Shown here in pieces: positions 45,288 through 55,902 of a stretch of 64,000 nt of DNA. The notes under the pieces are model-generated. The model worked only from the letters and a program-made list of their open reading frames with translations. It ran no database searches and was not told where the DNA came from. The DNA comes from Flectonema sp. DT1601 (lineage: Eukaryota). The translations under genes and the position numbers were made by a program. The first letter of the stretch is position 1, and each line of letters begins with the position of its first letter. The DNA is taken from assembly GCA_964019425.1 (NCBI GenBank), contig OZ025787.1, positions 248,001-312,000 on the forward strand. The letters run 5' to 3'.

Positions 45288-47574
45288 TCACGCTTCTAAA
45301 CTGTTAGATAATCCCATTAGTTTGGAAGTATCGAAATGTCTCGATCCATTAATTCCGTCTTGAATAAAATTTTGTAAATGAATCTTCTTGCTGTACGTCG
45401 ACGGCACTACAAGATTTTGAATGTTAACAAACTGTGTGAAGATAGTTGAGATTGCCTGATATTTCCTCCAGTGAATAAGACCAGCACCGTTATCTGTAAG
45501 AACTGTTGGTTCCGCTTCTTCAATAAGTTGCAGGTCAGATACCCAAATACTCAGACAAGGAATTGGAGGTGTTTTTTCTTTATCTTCATTGCGTAGAGAA
45601 GTTAGGAACCTTTTTATACTAGTGGATGATGGTTCTGAGAAAGCTTGTTTTAGTGACTCCAAACTATCTAAACAATCGACTTCTTTTAAGAAGTGTCTCA
45701 TTCTCTGAATACCCGGGTGATTAAATGCGTATACTAGGGTTTGACATGTTTGAAAATTGTTATGTTCCAACAGTTTGTAGGCAACTCGAATCCATTTTCT
45801 AAATTTTTGAACTCTCTGTGACAAAGTCGGAGTCGTAAGCACGTCCACAATAACCCATTGTTGAATCGCTCTGGTGCGTAAGAAATAACTCGATAAACCT
45901 TTTGCCCAACCTGCACGATTCTCAGTCGTATTGACATGTCGTTCATGAGGTGTCATTTCAACTCTCTTTGGACTTCGAGGTGGGTGTGGGTTAGAACCGT
46001 TATCGTTGACATCTTCTTCATCGGCATCGTTCAAGTGAGCCTTGCGAAGTTGTGCAGCTTGTAGGTTTAAAAAGTGCATTTCATTCTTAGTAAAATCTAA
46101 TAGTTCTCTAACGTTAACATTTCTAAGCTCCTCATGATCAATCGCGGTAAGCTGAATAGCTAGTGAGTCAGCTGTTAAACTCTCACTAAGAATATCTGGA
46201 ATCACTTCCCCATCGTCTTTCGCCTCAGGAAGGTCGCCTCTATATTCCTTGTTGTGATCCCCGTTCTGTTCTCTGGCCCTAAAAATATTCGCTATCGCAA
46301 TCTTCAGCGCTTCACTAAATTGCAACAACTGAGTATGTACACTGGGTGAATTCGGTGTTGGTTCATAAAATTGATCGTCTATAAAAATTTCTAAGCAGCT
46401 CAGCATCTTATCATCCCAATCATCTGGGAACTCTCTCAACCAGTAAAGAATCGCAGAGCTGACGCTGTATATTTTGAAAGTTAGGTGAGATGAATGTTAT
46501 AAATATACCTGGAGAACTTCAGTTGGAATGTTTTATTTCCACACGAAAAAGTCAACTGAAGGGGTAGGAAGAACAAAAAAGGTAAAACCCATACCGATAC
46601 ATTACTTTAGCAGATATCTGTTCCCAGTAACGAGAAGAAGTTGAAGCCGTGTGGCACATTATAGTAATGTAAAAATCTTGGTATTTAGGATTGAACGGCA
46701 ATCCCATTGGTACAAACCAACGCTGAAATAGCTTCGCAAGAAGCGTGTGAGGAGCGCAGAAGTGTTTATATGTTCGGAGGAAGGCTTGCGTGAATTGGGT
46801 TGCAGCATCCCACTGATCACGAGTTTGATTGACATTCGGGCGATGAATTACTTTTGTGACTCTTTCAACAAGTTGGTTAAGTGTAGCAGCCCGTAGAGAA
46901 CAATAACGAGCAATGTCCTGGTTATGATCTTGAGCACCAGTTCGTAGATGAACCTTAGACGGGCTTCTAGTCCACATGGATTGATTCGCCATATGAACTA
47001 AATGCGACATTGTGTCTCTATCAAAAAAATGATGCGCTGATGCAGTTAATTTTGATGGAGTATCAGCCAACAATTGTTCTATCACATAATCTGTACTCCT
47101 CCTATGTCCAAGTAGCAGTTGTAAAGGCGATTCTGTTGCAGCTAATGATGATAACGTTTGTTGAATCAGGGGGTTTAACTTCATTGCCTCTGCTGATGTG
47201 TCGGAACCAATCTCTCTCTCCATGGCCCAAGCAATATCGTGCATGCCCATTGATTTTAAATGTTGTATAGTAAGGTGATCTGTTACTAGTTTATTTACCT
47301 GACTTCGTACCTGTTTTGGAGTTAACTTCGGTGTTTCTACCGAACTTTGCGGACTCTGTTGTGCTGCGATGGCTTCATCACTCCCCGGTGGAGGATCAAC
47401 ATGTAAACCCCAAGCAGTGGCTGAATGAATTTCTTGGGTATCAAATTTAACTGACTGTCTGCTTAATTTTCGTTTAGGTTGTCCCCCACCAGTTATCGGA
47501 ATTATAGATGAAAGTGAATTTCGGTGCTGATGCCGTCGAAGGGAGTGAGCCGTTGAATCCTCCATGTCGGCCAT
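45288..47574 (-). CDS. RasGEF (LisH-like plus REM plus CDC25 domains); exons 46595-47574 and 45288-46464
   Basis: AATLNQLVERV, FLRTYKHFCAPHTLL, LAIQLTAID, NNFQT, PPIPCL, LIHWRK; a 130-nt phase-2 GT-AG intron at 46465-46594 restores YR-VSSAILYWLREFPDDW. Confidence 0.9.
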
Positions 47575-47710
47575 GGTGTACTTATACGATAATAACAGGA
47601 GCCTGTTTGAAGAGATTATAATAAAAACGAAAACATCATTCTGCTTCTAGAAATAAGTTTTGTGAAACAGTGCGTAACTGCATCACAACAAAAAGCATTC
47701 CTGAGGGGGA

Positions 47711-47983
47711 TTAACTGTTTGATTTTGTGCGTAAAATACAAATGTATTGTATCATAAACAACATAACGATAATTTAACATTAGTTCTGAGATACAGTGAC
47801 TAGGTGTGATGCTTAACTTAGCCTTTTAAAGTAACTATTAGGTTTCGAGAGTAATCCATATACCTCTTACCTCTATTCTCTCATCATCAGTATGGTGTAG
47901 AAGTCAATCATCTGTTGTGACTGAAGCATCTTAGTTAGCAAGACTAGGATGCAGTTACTTTGTTATAATGTTTATAAAAAAAA
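47711..47983. mobile_element. 273-bp non-coding insertion with an 11-bp TSD, carrying a hammerhead core
   Basis: CCTGAGGGGGA at 47700-47710 and 47984-47994; uninterrupted sites at about 48807, 49531, 51825, 55550 and 56374 have one copy; the insert ends in A8. Confidence 0.8.
47840..47895 (-). ncRNA. Candidate hammerhead ribozyme with rearranged strand order
   Basis: Minus strand reads CCAUA-CUGAUGA-U-GAGAG-(12 nt)-AGGUA^UAUGG-AUUA-CUCUC-GAA-ACCU; stems I, II and III can all pair fully. Confidence 0.7.
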
Positions 47984-48335
47984 CCTGAGGGGGAACGGGA
48001 AAGGGAAGGAGGGGAGTGCAATGGTTGTGAAGAGGAAAACACGTTTTCTTCCAGAGATTCGGACACTCTACAGCTGTGTATGGAGCATAAAAATATCCTG
48101 CGGAGCATAAAACCTTTCTTCTTCTGGAGCACAAGACCGGATTATGATTTCATGCTCTTTGCGCGAAACTTTGACAATGTATAAACAGTAACAACTTTAG
48201 GTATTAAAACAAAATTAATATCAAGTACTTGACTGAAAAATATTTGTAGTTGTTAATCAAAGAATAATTACGTTTAGAAAAAAGAAAACATAAAAGGGGA
48301 AACTATATTTTTTGTCTTATTTACTAGAAGACGTT

Positions 48336-48429
48336 AGTTTAGTTAGTTTAGTTAGCAAAATACAAACTGATGACTACGAGGGGTCTGGGTAGCCCGCATC
48401 AGTAAGGACCCAATCGCGAAGATTGTAGT
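48336..48429 (-). mobile_element. 94-bp structured mini-retroposon with an ACGTT TSD and a CTAA/CTAAA tail
   Basis: ACGTT at 48331-48335 and 48430-48434; the empty site gaagacgttgtcg is seen at about 49151, 51200 and 52168. Confidence 0.85.
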
Positions 48430-49614
48430 ACGTTGTCGAATCTGGTAATTCGGGGACACGTACTATTTGGTTGAGCGTCCCATGCTGAGGAGGGGGGGGA
48501 CTTGGATAAATAAATCCAAATTTGGGAAATGATCTGGGAGGGGAATGTGAAAAAAATAAAAATTCTTTTTTATTTCATATATGGCACTTTTCTTTATAAT
48601 ACGACCGTGTGTGCTATATGTCCCACGTAGATTAGTGACATGCCACGAAAGAAAACAGTCCACTTTAGTGAAAACATAATGTGCCATAAAGGTGTTGCCT
48701 TTTTTTTCTTTTTCTATTCTTCTTATTATTCTTTCAGGAAGGGTACAGGAATAAATTTAGTGAGGTCTGTGAAACAGTGCGTAACTGTATCACAACAAAA
48801 AGTATTCCTGAGGGGGAACGGGAAAGGGAAGGAGGGGAGTGCAATGGTTGTGAAGAGGAAAACACGTTTTCTTCCAGAGAGTCGGACACTCTACAGCTGT
48901 GTATGGAGCATAAAAATATCCTGCGGAGCATAAAACCTTTCTTCTTCTGGAGCACAAGACCGGATTATGATTTCATGCTCTTTGCGCGAAACTTTGACAA
49001 TGTATAAACAGTAACAACTTTAGGGTATTAAAACAAAATTAATATCAAGTACTTGACTGAAAAATATTTGTAGTTGTTAATCAAAGAATAATTACGTTTA
49101 GAAAAAAGAAAACATAAAAGGGAAAACTATATTTTTTGTCTTATTGACTAGAAGACGTTGTCGAATCTGGTAATTCGGGGACACGTACCATTTGGTTGAG
49201 CGTCCCATGCTGAGGAGGGGGGGACTTGGATAAATAAATCCAAATTTGGGAAATGATCTGGGAGGGGAATGTGAAAAAAATAAAAATTCTTTTTTATTTC
49301 ATATATGGCACCTTTCTTTATAATACGACCGTGTGTGCTATATGTCCCACGTAGATTAGTGACATGCCACGAAAGAAAACAGTCCACTTTAGTGAAAACA
49401 TAATGTGCCATAAAGGTGTTGCCTTTTTTTTCTTTTTCTATTCTTCTTATTATTCTTTCAGGAAGGGTACAGGAATAAATTTAGTGAGGCTCGTGAAACA
49501 GTGCGTAACTGCATCACAACAAAAAGTATTCCTGAGGGGGAACGGGAAAGGGAAGGAGGGGAGTGCAATGGTTGTGAAGAGGAAAACACGTTTTCTTCCA
49601 GAGATTCGGACACT

Positions 49615-50511
49615 CTACAGCTGTGTATGGAGCATAAAAATATCCTGCGGAGCATAAAACCTTTCTTCTTCTGGAGCACAAGACCCTAACTCATATGGAT
49701 TATGATTCCATGCTTCTTGCGGTGCATGCGGTGCATGATTCCATGCTTCTTGCGGTGCATGATCCCATGCTTCTTGCGGTGCATGATTCCATGCTTCTTG
49801 CGGTGCATGATTCCATGCTTCTTGCGGTGCATGATTCCATGCTTCTTGCGGTGCATGATTCCATGCTTCTTGCGGTGCATGATTCCATGCTTCTTGCGGT
49901 GCATGATTACATGCTTCTTGCGGTGCATGATTACATGCTTCTTGCGGTGCATGATTACATGCTTCTTGTTGAGCATGCGGTGCATGCGGTGCATGCGGTG
50001 CATGCGGTGCATGCGGTGCATGCGGTGCATGCGGTGCATGCGGTGCATGCGGTGCATGAAACCTGTTTGGTGTTGTCACGCTTCGGAATTTCGTCTTTTC
50101 ACCTACTTGAATGCCAATATTTCTCGATTTGGAGTAGCGTATAAAATCCAAATAGTAACCATAAAGATCCTGAAGCTCTCCGGCGCAGTATTCTCTTGCG
50201 AATACCAAAAAGATATGAAGGTTGTTGTTTTTCCCGTTTGAAAATCCGTGTTCCACAATCAAGTTACTGAACTCCAAACAGACTCTATCTATGAATTCAG
50301 CACCTTTTTCCGAAGGTACTCGTACATTTACGTAGTTGGAACATCTTTCCTTGCGTGATACTGCTTTGCCTTCTGACGAATTTTGCAATATCACAAAAAG
50401 TGTAGGTAAATACATTTGCATGTATATTTCAATTACAATTTCGTTGTTTGGCATTTGAAACGTACTCCTTGTTACTTTCTTCTCGTACAGGTTGGATCCG
50501 CTGCTGGTCAT
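49615..50511 (-). CDS. Element accessory ORF-X (298 aa) with HAP and HAPQEAWN repeats
   Basis: Intact ATG ORF with three related copies in the window. Confidence 0.75.
   Translation of the reverse strand: MTSSGSNLYEKKVTRSTFQMPNNEIVIEIYMQMYLPTLFVILQNSSEGKAVSRKERCSNYVNVRVPSEKGAEFIDRVCLEFSNLIVEHGFSNGKNNNLHIFLVFAREYCAGELQDLYGYYLDFIRYSKSRNIGIQVGEKTKFRSVTTPNRFHAPHAPHAPHAPHAPHAPHAPHAPHAPHAQQEACNHAPQEACNHAPQEACNHAPQEAWNHAPQEAWNHAPQEAWNHAPQEAWNHAPQEAWNHAPQEAWDHAPQEAWNHAPHAPQEAWNHNPYELGSCAPEEERFYAPQDIFMLHTQL
49700..50057 (-). repeat. 9-bp (HAP) plus 24-bp (HAPQEAWN) coding minisatellite
   Basis: (gcatgcggt)n and (gattccatgcttcttgcggtgcat)n. Confidence 0.95.
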
Positions 50512-50826
50512 ATTGTTGTTCTTAATTAAGATAAACTGTCAAAGAAAATATTAAACTCCCTTTTCAGAAATCAGAACACAACTGATAACTTGGATACGAA
50601 ACTGCCATTATTTTATCAAGTCTGCTTTATCTTTGTTGTGAAATAAAAGGAATAGGTAACTGGGTAATTATACAAATAATAGACATATCACTCGTTCCAA
50701 ATTATTCTTTTCTTTTTTTATTTTTCTTTTTGGATTTCTACGTACGTAGAAGTCCACTTTTAGTGAAAACACAATGTGCACAAAAAAGACAAACGCGTTG
50801 TCTTTTTTCATTTTTCTTCTTGTTCT

Positions 50827-50876
50827 TTTAGATTCTTCGAGAACTCTACGTGCGTAGAAGTCTCGAAGAATCTAAA
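50827..50876. repeat. 50-bp near-perfect palindrome upstream of ORF-X (second copy at 57712-57761)
   Basis: TTTAGATTCTTCGAGA / TCTCGAAGAATCTAAA 16-bp arms around TCTACG-tg-CGTAGA. Confidence 0.9.
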
Positions 50877-51447
50877 TTGCTTTTATAGACAGAGATACGA
50901 ATACTGCAGACAGAAGCAATTATAACCTCTACGTGCGTAGAAGTCTGAATGCAGTGTTACGAATACTGCAAACAAAAGCAATTCCGAGAGGTGTTGTTGG
51001 AGCATAAGACCGGATTATGATTTCATGCTCTTTGCGCGAAACCTTGACAATGTATAAACAGTAACAACTTTAGGTATTAAAACAAAATTAATATCAAGTA
51101 CTTGACTGAAAAATATTTGTAGTTGTTAATCAAAGAATAATTACGTTTAGAAAAAAGAAAACATAAAAGGGAAAACTATATTTTTTGTCTTATTGACTAG
51201 AAGACGTTGTCGAATCTGGTAATTCGGGGACACGTACCATTTGGTTGAGCGTCCCATGCTGAGGAGAGGGGTAATTTGATACTGCATTTTCAAGCTCAAA
51301 AGGAACAACAATTTCTGGGAGAGGGGGGACTTTGATACGATACGAAAAGATTTATCTGGGAAGAATACTGCAGGTCTTTGCACAAAAAAATAAAAATACT
51401 GTCACCATGAAACAGAAGGCGTTGAACATTGCCTGGTTTCTTTGGTG

Positions 51448-51486
51448 GAGGCCACGTGAACGTAGTTGAGCACCTCTTGCCTACGC
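51448..51486 (-). ncRNA. Pseudoknot RNA motif, variant C
   Basis: GCGUAG-GCAA-GAGGU-GCUCAA-CUACGU-UC-ACGUG-GCCUC. Confidence 0.6.
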
Positions 51487-52353
51487 TACCGTAACAGTGA
51501 AGGGAGAGGGGGGGGGGACTTGGATAAATAAATCCAAATTTGGGAAATGATCTGGGAGGGGAATGTGAAAAAAATAAAAATTCTTTTTTATTTCATATAT
51601 GACACCTTTCTTTATAATACGACCGTGTGTGCCATATGTCCCACGTAGATTAGTGACATGCCACGAAAGAAAACAGTCCACTTTAGTGAAAACATAATGT
51701 GCCATAAAGGTGTTGCCTTTTTTTTCTTTTTCTATTCTTCTTATTATTCTTTCAGGAAGGGTACAGGAATAGATTTAGTGAGGTTTGTGAAACAGTGCGT
51801 AACTGTATCACAACAAAAAGTATTCCTGAGGGGGAACGGGAAAGGGAAGGAGGGGAGTGCAATGGTTGTGAAGAGGAAAACACGTTTTCTTCCAGAGATT
51901 CGGACACTCTACAGCTGTGTATGGAGCATAAAAATATCCTGCGGAGCATAAAACCTTTCTTCTTCTGGAGCACAAGACCGGATTATGATTTCATGCTCTT
52001 TGCGCGAAACTTTGACAATGTATAAACAGTAACAACTTTAGGTATTAAAACAAAATTAATATCAAGTACTTGACTGAAAAATATTTGTAGTTGTTAATCA
52101 AAGAATAATTACGTTTAGAAAAAAGAAAACATAAAAGGGAAAACTATATTTTTTGTCTTATTGACTAGAAGACGTTGTCGAATCTGGTAATTCGGGGACA
52201 CGTACCATTTGGTTGAGCGTCCCATGCTGAGGAGAGGGGGGACTTGGATAAATAAATCAAGGTTAACACGCAACAAATTAGACATGAATCATTATAACTG
52301 GATTCTGTCCACACAAAATCGCATGCTTTAAATAAACTACCAGAGAAAGAAAT

Positions 52354-52414
52354 GCTGTCAAGTCAAATTGACCCGGGGATCACGCACTACAGGTTGAGCA
52401 TCCCATGCCCTGCA
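52354..52414 (-). ncRNA. Pseudoknot RNA motif, variant B, in the 3' UTR of the RT polyprotein
   Basis: UGCAGG-GCAU-GGGAU-GCUCAA-CCUGUA-GU-GCGUG-AUCCC, then hairpin CGGGUCAA/UUGACUUG and ACAGC. Confidence 0.65.
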
Positions 52415-52570
52415 GGTCGTTACAGCTTGAAAACATTAATGCATTAATGGGTAACCAATAAAAATTATCTGGATGGGTAGTTACAGGGGTGAGAAAAAAA
52501 GAAAAGATAAATAACATGACAAGAATACGCTGGTTCGTAGCACACTACCAGTAAAGCCCATCCCATAAAC

Positions 52571-55430
52571 TCAGTTATGGTTGGTTTGACTCAAAAGCAG
52601 GAAAGGTTCACAAGTCAACTGATGGATTTGCAAACCTCGAATTCCCGCAAACCATGTGCCTGCTTTCGTCGTACGCATACCACATCCACAACAAAAGTAT
52701 ATTCCAACGCAATTCAAACAAACATTCCAATCACATGTTAAACTCTCACCATTACAAGGGAGACGACATTCAAATATTTGTCCAAAGAAATAATTTGAAT
52801 CACATAAATCACAAAAAACTGGTTTGTTAATGAGAACCATTTCAAGATCGTGACCTTGTGGGCAAGTAGTGGTTACGCCGTTTTGTTCTAACTCGGTATG
52901 TACTTTCATTGGTGAGAGCACCTTGCAGGATTTAGAATCTGTTTCATTGACGATACTTTTCGATAAGAATCTACTCGTTACGTCCTTTTCGTTTAAAACA
53001 AATAAAGGTAATATGATTTCTAAACCTCCTTCACGCAATTTATCAAAGAGTACCCCGGCTTCGTCAGGTAAGTTTTCACTCTCCACAACAGTAAAGCCAG
53101 AACAGGTAACCAAATTAAACAGGCCATTGAGAATGACCTCAGTATACTCTATACACCAATCATTGATTACTGACCAATCGTATGGCCCTAGTATTGGGAA
53201 AAATTACTCAGATGGAACATTTGCATGGTGCCCGAGTATGATGAACCCCCTGACAAGTAAAAAAGTAGACCGTGCGTCGGGAGCGACAAAGTAAGCGGAG
53301 TCTTTTTGCTCATAAGGGTCCATACTTAGGAAGAAAAAACTAACACCCAATACATTTGATAAGGCTTGTATGGCTGCATGGTCTGCCCACACACCATCAA
53401 AACCCATTCCAAGTGCATATTCGTCGTACTTATCGAGTACAAAGTTTTTATATTTATCACTGTTATCTACTAACTCAGCACTGGTAAATTCACGTAGCGT
53501 CGCTGCATCAAAGAAGTAAAAAATTTGTTTCGATACTGCTTCAAAGAAACAATTACCAAAACGGTTCACGTCTTCAGGGTAAAGACCAACTTCTTCCATA
53601 TACCATATCGTGTGGTCAATTGTAAAGTAATCCACTTTTCCTTCTTGAACAATTGGTTCTTCTGGAATCAACACTACGGCTTTAGGCGGGTAAACAATAA
53701 ACTGTCTTTCTTTTGGAAAATGGTAAGAGTGAGGGTTGTTTAATTTACCAAAAACAACATGAACTAAAGAAAGTAATCTCTTATATGTGGAATCGTAGGC
53801 TTTATAAAACTCATCGCAGAATTCACGAAAAGCAAATGCTACGTCTTGTTTCTTAAAACCTCTTTTCCACATTCTATAAAGTATAAATTTAAATTCAACA
53901 AAAAGATCAGGTAAATTATTACAAATCATTGCAGCTCTAAACATAGCACCTTTAACCACTCCTTTCGGTATAGACACCGGCATAGTTGAATTACTATGAA
54001 CATATTGCAAAGGGCGAAAAGACCAATCCTTTCGGCTTATAGATAACCTGATAAACTTTCTCTTTTCCCTTATTTCAATTCTGATTCTTGCTCCCAAAAA
54101 GACTACGTGGTCTTCACTAATCGTAGTGTCTTTGTAGTCCATCTTATAGATGCTTGGGGGTGGAGGCTCATGCCCCCAGCAAAGGAAGTCATCATTATAA
54201 CGTACCATAGTGCTATACATCTATGCTTTTGGAGGGGTTAACGTATCAATGTATTTACTCTCACACTGATAGCAATAAAGGTTTGCTATTAAAGGGGAAG
54301 CATTACCACCCATTGGTATTCCTTTTGTTTGTCTATAACATTTTTTACTTCCGATCGGTTGAATTAAAGAATAATCAATACACATGTTGATATGTTCAAT
54401 AACTTGTTCAACGGTAAGGTTTTTCGTCTTGGGTGGTTTCGTTTCGGTAAAAAAAATTCACTTTTTCCTAGCGAATGACGCGTTAGGTACTTCAGTTTTT
54501 TGTAAGTAAAAGCTTCTTTCACAGCTGCCGCACATTGTTCTTTAAGATAGGCATGTGGTAAGTTGCTGTACATTGTAGTAAAATCAAAAGTTTTTGGTGG
54601 GGTGGAAGCGCTATAAATTGGGTATTTCCTTTTAATAGTTGTAATAACGTCGTCGACAGAATCAACAATGAAATATCTACGTACACCTGTACGAGCAAAC
54701 TCTATACAATCTTTTATGTAAAGCACTTTGAGAATCGTTTTTAGAAAACCGACTACTTCCAACTGTACATCCGTCATTATATTAGACAAACCTCTAGCCG
54801 ATAGAGCTGCTATTGTCTCTACTTTTGTATCTTTCAAACGGTTGTCTTTTTCCAAAAACTCATTTAATTCATTACTTTTTTCTTTTTTCTTTTTATCTTT
54901 TTCTGACGTATAAACTTCACATTTGGTGGACGTGCCAGCAATCCAACGTAGTCGGATGTCCGGTAATTTGTGCAATTTCAAATTACCATAAAGGTAGGGC
55001 ACAGACCCTGAAAGTTTACTAAAATTTAATTTCTTTTTTGTCGCTTCCAAGTTTTTAAACATGTCCTCTTCCGCTAAAGAATAGGACGAAATTTCTTTTC
55101 TGAGTAATTGTAAATAAAGGGTTTTACACATTAGAGGGGGTAATTTGATACTGCATTTTCAAGCTCAAAAGGAACAACAATTTCTCCGACAATCTTGACT
55201 GTCAGCGGCAGCGTAGTAAATGACTGCAAATAAATAAATAATACTTGGATAAATAAATCCAAATTTGGGAAATGATCTGGGAGGGGAATGTGAAAAAAAT
55301 AAAAATTCTTTTTTATTTCATATATGGCACTTTTCTTTATAATACGACCGTGTGTGCTATATGTCCCACGTAGATTAGTGACATGCCACGAAAGAAAACA
55401 GTCCACTTTAGTGAAAACATAATGTGCCAT
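52571..55430 (-). pseudogene. PLE-type reverse transcriptase polyprotein with C-terminal OTU-like and Cys-rich Zn-finger domains; two frameshifts and two in-frame stops
   Basis: RT motifs PYLYGNLKLHK..RWIAG, TFDFTTMYSNLPH, YRQTKGIPMGGNASPLIANLY (manual translation of about 54270-54340), RYNDDF, VFLG. OTU-like GNCFFEAVS..LRE..GVWADHAAIQALS..GHH. Fingers CPQGH..CDLC..CDWNVCLNC and CCGC..HQLTC. Lesions at about 55131-55140, 54449-54456, TAG 54221-54223 and TAA 53204-53206. Confidence 0.88.
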
Positions 55431-55902
55431 AAAGGTGTTGCCTTTTTTTTCTTTTTCTATTCTTCTTATTATTCTTTCAGGAAGGGTACAGGAATAAATT
55501 TAGTGAGGTCTGTGAAACAGTGCGTAACTGTATCACAACAAAAAGTATTCCTGAGGGGGAACGGGAAAGGGAAGGAGGGGAGTGCAATGGTTGTGAAGAG
55601 GAAAACACGTTTTCTTCCAGAGAGTCGGACACTCTACAGCTGTGTATGGAGCATAAAAATATCCTGCGGAGCATAAAACCTTTCTTCTTCTGGAGCACAA
55701 GACCGGATTATGATTTCATGCTCTTTGCGCGAAACTTTGACAATGTATAAACAGTAACAACTTTAGGGTATTAAAACAAAATTAATATCAAGTACTTGAC
55801 TGAAAAATATTTGTAGTTGTTAATCAAAGAATAATTACGTTTAGAAAAAAGAAAACATAAAAGGGGAAACTATATTTTTTGTCTTATTTACTAGAAGACG
55901 TT

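Noticed and set aside
48334..48355. TTAG/TTTAG run as telomeric repeat
   Set aside because: Not TTAGGG, only about 5 units, and inside the TSD-bounded insert; treated as a retroposon tail.
48367..48420. Plus-strand CTGATGA (also at 5201 and 55934) as a hammerhead core
   Set aside because: No GAAA follows the CTAC/GTAG stem, and CTGATG is sequestered by the downstream CATCAG.
49700..50057. CRISPR-like appearance of the 24-bp array
   Set aside because: Head-to-tail repeats with no unique spacers, no cas genes, and a eukaryotic context.
49686..50241. MHR, CMR and AVHD repeat ORFs in other frames (also 56301-57126)
   Set aside because: By-products of 9-bp and 24-bp repeats that lack stops; only the HAP frame connects to the conserved ATG-initiated head.
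51448..52414. Assigning the pseudoknot motif to twister-sister, pistol, HDV-like or tRNA families
   Set aside because: Only short words match (GCAA, GCUCA); helix order and the other conserved elements do not fit, so it is left unassigned.
53204..54223. In-frame TAA and TAG with a terminal TGA, suggesting a TAR=Gln genetic code
   Set aside because: Only two cases in about 950 codons, and host genes end normally in TAA or TAG; point-mutation decay is simpler.
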